Shown: positions 23,570 through 35,929 of the stretch, piece after piece
How positions within the stretch are numbered: the first letter of the stretch is position 1
Layout: the number at the start of each line of letters is the position of its first letter
DNA from: Octopus bimaculoides
Lineage: Eukaryota
DNA length: 64,000 bases
Assembly: GCF_001194135.2 (NCBI RefSeq)
Contig: NC_068999.1
Span: 27,357,727-27,421,726 of the forward strand
Reading direction: 5' to 3'
Notes under the pieces: generated by a model
Database searches by the model: none
What the model was told of the DNA's origin: nothing
The model's input: only the letters and a program-made list of their open reading frames with translations
Position numbers and translations under genes: made by a program

Positions 23570-25480
23570 CCTGTATTATAAGCGTTCGTTGAATTTCCGG
23601 TGGCTTCATAAATAATGGCCTCGATCATACAGGCTCCATTTAGCGGGCATAAGTCTTTATCCCTTCAGGAGCAGCTGGCTTCGTGTTGTTGTGTTGCATT
23701 GTGTGTGACAACACTTTTAAAATTTGGAGTGGAACCAAAATTAATTTTTAGGTTATGCCTATTAAAAGAGTTTTCTATATTTGTGATGTATTGGAAAATG
23801 TCTATCTATAAGTGGCAAGAAATATTTACCTATATTAAAGGTCACTTCGGAGGAATAAGGGTGTGTGAACCAGATAATTTTCCTGTGTCTATGTTTTCTT
23901 TACTTTATATCTAGTCTAATAGTAGGTGTGTGAGCTATTTCCTCTTTAAATCCACTAGCTTTCGGAGCATTGTTATATAGTGGGGCAGCATTATTAAATA
24001 TGCTTATATTGGGAGAGAGGCTAGAAATTCTACTAATATTCTTAACTAAATTCTTAAACACTGTAGGGGTGTGGCAGGAACCTACATTAATATAACTAAG
24101 TCTATCGTAGGGCTTTCTATAGGATTTGTCTATATTCTTTTGTAAATCTAGAGATACATCAAGGAAATTGGCAACCGTCAGGTTGGTATCTATTGTTATG
24201 CTAAGATCGGATGTTTTTATAATTGATCTTGCGCTGGTCTATTGGTATTCTTAGCTAAAAATAGTGACATATACACCAAGAAAAGCTTTTCCTAACGTGT
24301 CAAGCAAGAATAGCCCAATGAGATCGCATATGCCTGCTCCATCATATGACCCCATGCTCACATCGAAAGAACCCTCTGTGTCTGCTGTCTTGACTCACTC
24401 TGTGTTCCTGCTGAAGAATAAGGTATTTCTAGTACGGAGGATTATATCCTTATCTTGTTCACTAATCTCTGTAAAATCGCTTGCGAAAGTGAGGGCTTTA
24501 TCTAGCAGTTTTCTAGAAAGAGATGCATAAAAATCTACAATATCAAATTGTGTAAATTTTGCTTTATTCTTATTTCTAATTGCTTTAAACCTGTTAAAAT
24601 AAGTAACCGGATGCCAAGTATTAGTGCAATACGACCGTTTCAAGCGGCTCCATTTAATTGAAAAATGCAAGCATTACACCAGTTTAAATATAATGCTATC
24701 TTCAGTTGCAGAAATATGAATTTTCAATAGACAAGATATAGTAATATAATTTTTCCCAAATATTTTATTAGAGCTAGAGGATGAAAGAATTTCATGTTGC
24801 CACTATTGCAATAAGAATAACCTAAAGTACATTATGAAACTTAGGACGTTAAGGGCTCAGAGGAGAAAAAGTTTATAATCAATGTATAGCAAAAACCGTC
24901 TATTATTATGTTGTATAAAAATAAAAGTAAAAAATAATAAAAGGAGATATCAGAACCACATATATATTCCTTCATGTCTCTCGGGAGTTGGTTGCTGAAT
25001 CTGCGGAATTTAATTTTTCTAAAAAGCCCGAAAAAGTATTTTTCAAAGGCTTCCAATTCCGAAATAGGTGGTGGGATTTTGGAAGATTTAAGTCCGTATT
25101 TGTTTCCGTTAGATTTCTGCTTTGTATCAAAGAAGAAGTCTTTCCATCTCATTCTTCGAATAAACTCCTCCGTTTTTTCGATAAGACTCTTGTGGTATTG
25201 CTTCTGTGCCGAGATGGGTATATTTTGTAGAGAAAAATCCAATGGGTAAAGTTCCATTTCTTTCAGCTGTTTCTTCTTCTTACTTGTGGAGAGTCGTTCA
25301 AACTTTCTAAAGAAGAAGTGGGTTACACCAGAGTAAGAACATAAATGCGAAACTAGGTGAAAAAATTGGTACTCGAATACCAGAGGTTGAGTAATATGTT
25401 TTATTAAAAAGCAGCAAAAATATCACAAAATCTGTTACTCAGAGTTTCACGTACCCGTTCGTCGGACAGTTTTGTTTAGA
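23570..25480 (-). mobile_element. Penelope-like element (Neptune/Naiad-type), decayed RT and start of GIY-YIG, with 5' pseudo-LTR region
   Basis: MELYPLDFSLQNIPISAQKQYHKSLIEKTEEFIRRMRWKDFFF (ATG 25257); FTQFDIVDFYASLS; FDVSMGSYDGAGICDLIGLFLL; SCS*RDKDLCPLNGACMIEAIIYEAT; aataaa and hammerhead upstream. Confidence 0.9.
25425..25475 (-). ncRNA. Minimal type I hammerhead ribozyme (U4C core variant) in PLE pseudo-LTR
   Basis: ACAAAACUGU-CCGACGA-ACG GGUA CGU-GAA-ACUC U GAGU-A-ACAGAUUUUGU: stems I, II and III all pair; GUA triplet. Confidence 0.72.
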
Positions 25481-25722
25481 ATGGAACAAAATTAAGGTTA
25501 TATGCATAAATATACAATTAGTTTGGTAGATACACATTTGAAAATGGTTTTGTTTCATTGGTCCTTTTAACTAACAGTCTTTTCAATAACCGGTTGCATG
25601 CAGTAACAAATTGCGGTTTAAAATCATATTATAAAAATCGAAGGAAACCTTAAATCAAAAATAGCTTATGAAGAAGGAAACGGCCTGAATACCCATATGT
25701 ATATCTATATATACATATACAT

Positions 25723-25765
<43 letters not shown>

Positions 25766-25785
25766 NNNNNNNNNNGGGTCGATTT

Positions 25786-25862
25786 GTTCGACTAAAACTA
25801 TTCAAGCTTGTGCTCCAGAATGGCGGCACTCATGACTAAATCAAGTAAAAGAATAAAAGAAT
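25786..25862 (+). mobile_element. SINE family A tail after gap
   Basis: gggtcgatttgttcgactaaa...gtgctccagaatggcgg...caagtaaaagaataaaag. Confidence 0.7.
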
Positions 25863-25931
25863 TGGTGCGCTTGGTTTTGCAGCGGACGGACGGATGGACG
25901 GACAGATAGACAGACTGATAGATGAATAGAT

Positions 25932-25972
<41 letters not shown>

Positions 25973-27399
25973 GAGAGAGAGTCCGTTGTTAAAGCAAGTA
26001 GAGGCTTTAATTGCTCAATATTTTAGATGAAAATACAAAATACAATTTCTATTAAAATGTCTTTTTTTTCAATCGATTACACAAAACGCAAACACAACAT
26101 ATATCTTAAAAGAAATATTTTGTACCTTCCTTATCAATATGAATATTAATTATTTGGTCATTATTTTTGCCAATAGATATGTTGGCGTGCTTTGGCTCAA
26201 TATTTTGTGTTACTATACTGTTTATTCGAATTTGTCCCATTGCACTGGACATGTTTCATGTGACTTCATTCCTCTAGAGTTTAGAAAGGGATCTGTAGAA
26301 TACAATGAAGGTAGGATGGTCGCCAAGGTATCAGCGACCTTGTTGAAGACTGTATATTCTCTACAAGGATTGTTCTTGTAGACAGTTTCATTGATTGCAG
26401 CTATACATCATGTGCATTTGATCTATAGTCCTCGATAACTTTGTGTAGATTATCTTTCCTGATTTCAGGACACCGGCGTTCCTAGTGAAAGTCGAAGTCA
26501 GAAATAGCCTTCAACAACGCTCTGCTATCTGTTCATATTTTATTTCTTAATCATTTGTCAACTCAAAAAGTAATGTCTTTTCGGTATGAAATGATTACTT
26601 TATAACGGCTTTTACTTCTTCATATCTACACTTTCAGATATAAATATCTGTGAGATTAGTTATCTATCGATTGTGATACCATCGAGGAGCGACTGTCATT
26701 TGAAGCCGTAGTGTTTATATATATCACATTTCAAACTTGAGAAAAGTTTTGCACATTTTTACTGTTCCACTTACAGATTGTATTTGTAATGTGCAAGTCA
26801 GATGGTTGATTTCTTTTTCTGAAAATTCAAGCTTACCCATACTGTCAGACATTTAATCACAAAACTAAGTGTACCAATTATTACACTGGGCAACAAAGAA
26901 AGATTTATTGTCTGCTACCCAGATACGGTGATATACTAAACCAAATCGAGCACGCTGATTCCAAATCTGAACTCAGAATTGCTGTAGCACATCAGGATTT
27001 CGAGTTATGCGCATAATTATATATTAATACTATATTAGAATCAGAAATAGTTAAGTTCACGATAAATAATTATTATAATAGTATATTAATACTCTATATA
27101 TATTTTGTAAGTGAAAGAGTATTGTGTTTGTCAACCAGCTTCACTTTCGCTAATCATGACATTGAAATTATTGTAATTTCGTATTTTCTTACGAAGATTC
27201 TAGTCCATGTTGTGTAGGGATGTTTATGAATGAAAAGTACAAAAATCTAAGGAGAGATTATTATTGGGACAGAGGAATTAATTCTTCATCTTTTAGGGAG
27301 GGGATAAATAAATATACAAAAACTCAAAGGCTAAAGTAGTGAGATGAAATGTTTATAGTGATGGGTATGTGAACATGAATTTAAATATATACTGAGTTA

Positions 27400-28120
27400 T
27401 GCGTTCATATTTAGATGTGTTCTGTATTTTTCGATAGATATATTGTTTCTTTGCAGTGGCAGATGGGGAAAATGCTGAAGTTCGGTTGGATATTACCTTC
27501 ACGTCTCTCTATATGTTCACTCAAAAACTCTATCTGTACTGTAGGAAATAGATCTATTCCTTATGTAGTATGGTTCTCCGTCTAAGTGCGACACTTGTTT
27601 GTCCTATATAGTTATGTCCAGATTCTCGGAAGCACAACTGAAGTTGGTTTTAATTGTGAACCTCTCTCCTTGTTTGAATAAGAATTCCGAGCCTTCCTGT
27701 AAATTGGGGCATATTCCACAGTGTGAGTGTCCACATTTTTTAATCATTGCTTTCATGGCTGTTGTGTAAAGCTTCGCATTTGTCAGAAGTCTTTTCAGCG
27801 ATTTGTGTTGCTTTTTGCATTTGATGAAAATATGTGTGCTTTCAGAATGTTGTTCATTTTTGGATCCCTACAGAGCATAGCTAGATTTTGTACAATGATG
27901 TTGTATGCCTCATTGTCTCTAGGGTTGTGAGTTGATATATGCGGTAATGTTTTGAGATGTGGTGTGGTGTTATGCTTTGTTGTCCTTAGTGTTTTAATGC
28001 CTAATTTCTTGGCACGCTTACTTCCATCGTCTATAAGTGAGGGTAGATATTGTCTCTCAGTTAGTGTTGTTCTGAGTTCTTGAAGACGGAGGTTCCGGCT
28101 ATTTCCATCAAAAACTATTG
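27400..28120 (-). mobile_element. Penelope-like element remnant (Poseidon-type linker and GIY-YIG region)
   Basis: LQELRTTLTERQYLPSLID...LPHISTHNP...LKRLLTNAKL...KCGHSHCGICPNLQEGSEFLFKQGERFTIKTNFSCASEN. Confidence 0.8.
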
Positions 28121-28124
28121 TGTC

Positions 28125-28572
28125 ATGATGATACCTGCTCAGAGGCCTACACAAAGTTTCAGAAACTGTATGGAGAGGAGTTTATGAGCCACACACAAGT
28201 GTACGAGTAGTTCAGATGTTTCCAAGATGTTCTCCCAGAACGTTCGTCAATATCGACATTTTTTTCAGCCATCATGGAAACGTCTGAACCACTCGTACAC
28301 TTGTGTGCGGCTCTTACACTTTCGGCAACTTTGTGTAGGCCTCTGAGCAGGTATCACCATAACAACTTTTTCGGTCATAGTCAATGCGACGATCAAACGC
28401 AACACACCTTCCTTCCAAACACTGCTATAAACAGTGGAAGTGAGCTATAACGTTAAAAGTTAGTGCGCACGCACAGCAGAGTTCAAGGTCAATCTGTGCC
28501 CGGCAGTTTCAGACTGCGTGCTTTAGCTTCGTTACTATGACAACAATCCGGATACTTATTGATCGGGTCATA
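28125..28572 (-). mobile_element. Mariner 5' end with inverted (fold-back) duplication of the HTH-coding segment
   Basis: TIR-like atgacccgatcaataagtatccgg at 28572; DTCSEAYTK...TQVYEWFRRFHDG...DERSGR on minus; inverted copy at 28125-28229. Confidence 0.8.
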
Positions 28573-28778
28573 TATGATGTTGGTAATCCACAAAAATGGC
28601 ACAATATCGGTAAGCATCACTCCTGAATGGGATTGAGGGCGAGTTGTTTCGCCTATCTATGACTTTCAGATGTTTTCACATCTAGCATTATGAGGGAGTT
28701 GTCCCTAAAGCGGTCTATTGAAACGACGCGACACAGCGAACAAGCAAAACACATACACAGAGCATGTGCGATCTGTAA

Positions 28779-28809
<31 letters not shown>

Positions 28810-29089
28810 TGGTTAACCAACGATTTTTTCCGGCAACTAATACTTAGAAGTATCCTTAATACGGATAAATTACGAAGAGAAGTCAAAATTCCCGTGCACA
28901 AGAGTCAAGTTCCTCGCGCAACTACGGGTGACTTTTGAGAACCGTGTGTTTTATATGTATTATTTACACTGTACTTATTAGTGATGACACCAACCTTTTG
29001 AGAGATATCCTTATTTAGTCAAACGTAGGCACCAATCCATATCATAGAGCTCTCAAACGAGCAGATACGCACAGATGTAAACCGTTACT

Positions 29090-29525
29090 GATAGGTAAAA
29101 AATACAAGTATCGGTTGAAATGTTCATAAGCTAACCAAGATATTCTCATGAAATGTAACCAACTGACGTTTATTTTTCAACATAGATCCCCGTGTGGTTC
29201 ACACAGTTCTTCCATTGTTGTGGTAGTGTTTGGGTCCCATTGGTGAAGAGCAATTCATCATGTTGGTCAAAAGAGTCACCAACAACAGATACGATGCCAA
29301 GATAACTGCGATACTGGTTCTCAGCCAAGTGAGTTTTTCATGTTGGGGAACAAATGATAGTCAGATAGGGCCAAATCAGGAGGATAAGAATGGTGATCAA
29401 TAAGTGCAAAGTCACAGTCACTCACAGCAGCCATAAAGATCAAGGACTTGTGTGCTGAAGTATTGTCCTGATGAAACAAGACCCATATCGTCAGTTTTCC
29501 TTGGCGTTTGGTCTTGAAATGTGTT
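29090..29525 (-). mobile_element. Mariner 3' remnant (irritans-like)
   Basis: FKTKRQGKLTIWVLFHQDNTSAHKS...HHSYPPDLALSDYHLFPNMK...YVEK*. Confidence 0.8.
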
Positions 29526-29620
29526 AAATTTTACCCGGTAATATATTGGATAAATACAAATGGTTAAGTTACAACCAATATTACACACTGTATTTACAAA
29601 TTATTAAGAAATGCAATATG

Positions 29621-29686
<66 letters not shown>

Positions 29687-30544
29687 AAAATTCACGAAAA
29701 AACAACAGACGTATATGTATGTACATATATATACATATACATACATACTAGCAAACGCACCCGTCCATTGGACTGTTTAAGTTGTTTTGATGGTATTCTA
29801 TTCACCAATAATTGAACTACAGATAAGGTTTATGAGTAGCACGGCAATCTATGTTTCCGATTAACTTAGGAATGGAAAACCAAATTGAAGGCTGGTTATT
29901 GTGGACGTCGTTGCACTTTAATGATCAGAGAACATATAAGTCTGTAAGCGATGCAAAGCAGAGCTACTGAAGTGTTTTGGGAGTCGATTACGGATAATGA
30001 CTACAAAATATAGTTGTTTTACAGGAAAACGAAATTTCCTGTCAGAAACAGCTACATAAATGGTGTAAGGAAATTGAAGGAAGACGTTGAAAATTTCCCT
30101 CTTCAGGTAACGAAAAATGAAGACATGAGGAGTTTGACTTCAGTTCATGAATACTGCTTTTAATCATTACAAATTCGCAGTGAAAAGATGTTGCGTTGTA
30201 AGGCAGACAAATAATAAAAAAAAAAAAATGTGAAAGCAACTAAAAAAAATATCCTATAATACAAATATACGACCATATAGATTTAAAAGTATAGAAAAGA
30301 GTCAAAATAGATGAATAGACAAAAGTCTTTCACTTTTATAATATTCTCTAACCAAAACACTTAATCACAAAATACACGCCAATACACATATAAAAAAATA
30401 GAAAGTTATAATACACAATTACAACATATTAATAAATAATAAAGAAATAATGTGAAAACCACTAAAAAAGTATTTTCTAACAATAATATACGACCATATA
30501 GGTTTAAAATGCATGGAAGACCCTACATTAAAAAAAAAAATACG

Positions 30545-30750
30545 TACATACAACGAATTAGAGAAAAACCCTCGTAAACCACTGTTTTTCCCGGTTTTTA
30601 CGCGGGAGCTCTTGGCGAAATGTTATAGTACATGACTATCCTTGGGACATAAGTAATGTGTGTGTAACGTTTGGTGAAAATCGGTTGAGAATTGTGGAAA
30701 TGTATGCGTTAGTAAATATACATGCACATACTGTGATTTATATACACTAT
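30545..30750 (-). mobile_element. Possible non-autonomous Helitron 5' region
   Basis: gtgtgtaacgtttggtgaaaatcggttgagaattgtgg...acatac...tttatata resembles the 5' region of the Helitron at 43850-43982. Confidence 0.35.
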
Positions 30751-31544
30751 ATATGTGTATATGTGGGTGTGAACACAGTAATACCTCACTTTAAGAGGAC
30801 CCACTTTATGAGAATCTGGGTTTACGAGTTTTATTTTTCAGCTCACTTTTGTATGGTACACTGAAATTTTCAAGCACAAGATTCAAATTGTGAACGAAGT
30901 GCAAAAATTTCTACTGCCATATCAAATGTCTCTGCGTGTTGCCGAGAAATTTATACATGATGAAATATTCTCTCAGTTCCAGAGAATTTGTAACATTCAT
31001 CATTAGCGATGGGAAGGTAGATAGGTATTTGATATCTATATTTCTTAGCTGATTGACAGTTTCTCTTTTATTCACTGCGAAATATGAGCACTTATCTTGC
31101 TGAAGCTCCATTTTTACAATCTGTTAGTGTAGTGAATGTTACACGATGCAGTTAAAGGGGCTCCATAACAAAAAGGGTGTGGGTGACATTAATCTTACTC
31201 TCTTCTGCAGGTCCTACCATGTAGCCTTTGCATTTTTAATAGGGTTTAAAAGGGGCTTCCTGCTGGGGTGAAAAGCATCACAAATAATATGTTAGCATAA
31301 AATATTACTCTTGATAATTCTGTTACTGACGTTAGTAGTAGCTTGAGTTCTTATCGAGAGCTTTATGCACAATTTCGTTGTCAATCTCTTAAGGGTATTG
31401 AATTTTGGCAAAGCGTAGTGACTCTAGTATTCGTAAGTGACTCTTGTCCCTTGATTTACTCTGTAACTTCTACCGATTATTAATCTTGTGTGTGTGTGTA
31501 AGAATGTGTATATATATATAGTTAATTTAAACATGAACAAGCAA

Positions 31545-31734
31545 AAAAAAAACTTGAAAAAACACGAAAAAAACAACGCGAGGACGTGGAATAAGGACAG
31601 TGTTATTGGACGCTCAGGAAAGGAAAGAAAAGAAAGAGGATTTAACGTTTCGATCGGAGATCTTCGTCAGAAATATAGGAAAATTCCAAAGAAGGGAAGA
31701 CAGAGAAAGAAAATCGCCGACGATGCACGCGCAG

Positions 31735-31737
<3 letters not shown>
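31545..31737 (-). repeat. ORF-less dispersed repeat carrying a hammerhead-like motif
   Basis: Flanked by microsatellites; related truncated copy at 6185-6275. Confidence 0.6.
31640..31674 (-). ncRNA. Minimal hammerhead ribozyme candidate
   Basis: AUUU-CUGACGA-A-GAUC UCC GAUC-GAA-ACGU-U-AAAU; palindromic stem III (ACGU), 4-bp stems I and II. Confidence 0.55.
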
Positions 31738-31821
<84 letters not shown>

Positions 31822-32045
31822 CACACACACATATATTTATATATATATATATACAAGGAGTAAATAATATTCAAATGAATATTTATATAGATATTTTTGT
31901 TATTATCAGCGGCAAATTTAAATAATTGATAATAATAACAAGTAGGCGCCTCGTGTGCCCTCTCTTGTAACTATAGTTAATTATAATTATAAATTTTATT
32001 CTCCAGCTATTTGACGCTATTATTACTTCCTCCAACCTATATTTT

Positions 32046-33070
32046 TGTTGCAATTTCAACATCAACAACTAGGTATTTTTTATTTGTANNNNNNNNNNAT
32101 ATATATCTAAATGATAAACTTCTGGAAAGTTTTACAGATTTTTACAGTACCAGTTATGGATTGGATCTGTAGTCTTCGAATTAGCTGTCTCCTTCCTGGT
32201 TTGGAGAAGCCTACTTTCTCAAGATTAGTATTCAGGTAGTGTGTTACAAGTCCCCAGTAATTACAGGTATAAACCTGAACTTGTAATCTGGATAGAGTAA
32301 CTGCAGATTTCTCAATAGTTCAGCGTAGGTATTCTCTTTTTCACTGATCTTCAGCTTTATGTTAACATCCGCTGGGCAGCTAATTTCCACAACTGTGCAG
32401 TTTCTCTTCTGTATCCCAAATCATTATATCAGGTCTGTTGTGCTTACATTTTATTGAGGTCGTCACTGGGGCATTCCACCAGTACTCCTTTTTATTATGA
32501 GTGGCTATGGCTTCTTCCGTACTGTGGGTTCTTATTTCTTTGTCCTCGGGGTTATCCTTCCGACGGATTTCATTATAGAGTGTCTCAGCCACATCATGTC
32601 TCATCGGTAGATGATACCTTGATGACATTTTCGGGCAATTGCTTATGATTGGGTGATATCTTCGGTGTTATCTCCACAAAGTCTGCACCAGTTGTCACAT
32701 TTTACTGTTTTTCCTGCATCTCTATCCCTTTTGTGCATCAGGTACTTGGTTGATACTTCCTGTTCCTGGACTGCAAACGCATACCCTTCAAAGTGGGAGG
32801 CTATAATCCGGCTATTGGTCCATGGTAGACTGCTTTGATGATCAATGTTACTATCATCTCGGAGCTTTCTACTAACATATCCATGCATAGTTTTCTGCTC
32901 ATATAGGCTCATCCATTCATCTGATAATACATTGCGGTAGAGTCGTGTGACTTCTTTGGGCATGTATTCTAGGTTATTAGACAAGGAATGTTGCTCAAGA
33001 AGCTACCTTCCAAGTTTTACGATGTAATCAGCCTCATGAATGCAAGTTTGGTCAAGGGATGCAGGTAAGT
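32046..33070 (-). mobile_element. R4/Dong-clade RLE-LINE 3' part, copy 1
   Basis: FEGYAFAVQEQEVSTKYLMHK...WCRLCGDNTEDITQSISNCPKMSSRYHLPMRHDVAE...KHNRPDIMIWD...TVKICKTFQKFII*. Confidence 0.88.
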
Positions 33071-33103
33071 AAGTACGTATGCATGCATGTATGTATTTAT
33101 GTG

Positions 33104-33152
<49 letters not shown>

Positions 33153-33459
33153 GTGGGTGTGTGTGTGTGTGCGTGCGTGTGTTCAGAATAAAGAGCAAAA
33201 AAGCATGTTTCACAAGTTGCTCATAATTTAATTACGTTTAACAGTTCTTTCATTAGCAATAAACATTACAAATTTTATAATTACGAATTTAAGAAACATA
33301 ATTTAAATTAAATTAATATTCAATGGCGTTTATATCAAATCATCGGGAATATTATGAGCTATGATAATCAGAATCTGTTACTGGTTTAAATACAAACGAG
33401 ACAAAGAAAAACGAATATGGCAAAAGAAAACAAAGAGGTGGGCCTAGAATATTTTATCT

Positions 33460-33845
33460 CTTATCTTTCACTTCTTTCAGTGATTAGGCTGCGGCCATGC
33501 TGGGGCACCGACTTGAAGAATTTTAGTCGAGTAAATTGACCCAAATACTTACTTTTTTTAAGCCTGGTACTTATTCTATCGGCCTCTTGGGTTGAATCGC
33601 TAGAATAAGGGGACGTAAATGCACAAAAACCGGTTGTCGAGCGGTGGTGGGTGACAAACAGAAAGATAGAAAGACACACACACATACATATACGAAGAGC
33701 TTCTTTCAGTTTCTATTTATCAACTCCATTCCCAATGCTTTGTTCGGTCCAAGGCTATAGTAGAAGACACTTGCACAAGGTGACACGCAGTGGAAATAAA
33801 CTCGGAATCATGTGGTTGGAAAGCAACTTCTTACCACACCAGCCA
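33460..33845 (-). mobile_element. SINE family A, full length, diverged
   Basis: Tail gcggccatgctggggcacc; head ggctggtgtggtaag. Confidence 0.82.
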
Positions 33846-33846
33846 C

Positions 33847-33884
<38 letters not shown>

Positions 33885-34051
33885 ATTAACTACCAACAAA
33901 AATAATTGGTAAGCTAACTCAAAAAATCATCACCAAGATAGAAGAAAAAAACGACAGTGAAGGTACGCAGACTCTTCAAGAATCGATCCTTTTGGTTATA
34001 TTAATAATAATAAAAGAGTTACGACGCAAAAACGTATATATTCAAATGAAC

Positions 34052-34316
34052 ATATTTATCTTCTTCAATATATATTTCAGTATAAAGAATTCATTAAGAG
34101 ACTTAATAAATCAAAATTTCTTTACACATCTTCAGGAATAAATATAACATCAGAAAAACTACATTCGGTTTAAAAACACAAACAGTTCATGTTTTTAAAC
34201 CGAATGTAGTTTTTCTGATGTTATATTTATTCCTGAAGATGTGTAAAGAAATTTTGATTTATTAAGTCTCTTAATGAATTCTTTATACTGAAATATATAT
34301 TGAAGAAGATAAATAT
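34052..34316. repeat. Perfect 127-bp-arm palindrome (11-nt loop) ending at a gap
   Basis: 34052-34178 is the exact reverse complement of 34190-34316. Confidence 0.9.
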
Positions 34317-35222
34317 NNNNNNNNNNNNNNNNNNNNNNNNNNNNNNNNNNNNNNNNNNNNNNNNNNNNNNNNNNNNNNNNNNNNNNNNNNNNNNNNNNNN
34401 NNNNNNNNNNNNNNNNNNNNNNNNNNNNNNNNNNNNTATATATATATATATTCTGCGGCCGGTATGGGCTGTCCGTTGGAACGGACTTTATTATGATTTT
34501 TTAACCCCAAGAGGACATCTCCTCTAGCTGGTTAACGACAGGCGTCTTTCTGTTTCCGTCTACTAAATCCACTCACAAATCACACCCCAATACCCACAGT
34601 CTACATATACACACGTAAAGTTGTTAGTAGGCTGTTATGTATGTATGTATGTATGTATGTATGTGTGTGTGTGTGTTTGTGCGCGCGCGCGGGCGCGTGT
34701 GTGTTGGTAAATGGATATGTAAGTAAACAGATAGATAGGTAATAGGTAATAGGTAAGTAAACAGATACATAGGTAATACGGACAGACAAGCACACACATA
34801 CACATATATGCATGCATACACAAATAAAGACTGAAACACATATACATACATGCACACTTCACACACACACACACACACACACACACAATGACACATATGG
34901 AGACACACATCCATAAATAATAGGTGCACATACATAGTTATACAAACCCATAGACATAGACACACTCAAACGCACACACAAGGAGACAAAGATACACATA
35001 CAAATAAATATACACACACATGCAGGTACATACACACACATACAAACGTACAAACAGAACACACAAACACATGAATATGCAGAATACATACATACATACA
35101 TATATACATACAAGCATGCACACACGCATACATATATATATATGCATTCACATACAGACGCATACATGCATACACACATACATACATGCATACATACATG
35201 CATGCATACATACATACATACA

Positions 35223-35253
<31 letters not shown>

Positions 35254-35878
35254 GTGTATACACATGNNNNNNNNNNNNNNNNNNNNNNNNNNNNNNNNNN
35301 NNNNNNNNNNNNNNNNNNNNNNNNNNNNNNNNNNNNNNNNNNNNNNNNNNNNNNNNNNNNNNNNNNNNNNNNNNNNNNNNNNNNNNNNNNNNNNNNNNNN
35401 NNNNNNNNNNNNNNNNNNNNNNNNNNNNNNNNNNNNNNNNNNNNNNNNNNNNNNNNNNNNNNNNNNNNNNNNNNNNNNNNNNNNNNNNNNNNNNNNNNNN
35501 NNNNNNNNNNNNNNNNNNNNNNNNNNNNNNNNNNNNNNNNNNNNNNNNNNNNNNNNNNNNNNNNNNNNNNNNNNNNNNNNNNNNNNNNNNNNNNNNNNNN
35601 NNNNNNNNNNNNNNNNNNNNNNNNNNNNNNNNNNNNNNNNNNNNNNNNNNNNNNNNNNNNNNNNNNNNNNNNNNNNNNNNNNNNNNNNNNNNNNNNNNNN
35701 NNNNNNNNNNNNNNNNNNNNNNNNNNNNNNNNNNNNNNNNNNNNNNNNNNNNNNNNNNNNNNNNNNNNNNNNNNNNNNNNNNNNNNNNNNNNNNNNNNNN
35801 NNNNNNNNNNNNNNNNNNNNNNNNNNNNNNNNNNNNNNNNNNNNNNNNNNNNNNNNNNNNNNNNNNNNNNNNNNNNNN

Positions 35879-35927
<49 letters not shown>

Positions 35928-35929
35928 TG

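Noticed and set aside
32098-32115. Idea that the R4 LINE ends at its stop codon directly in a (TA)n target
   Set aside because: Copies 1 and 2 share sequence beyond the AT tract (caacatcaaca...tattttt), so the tract lies inside the 3' UTR
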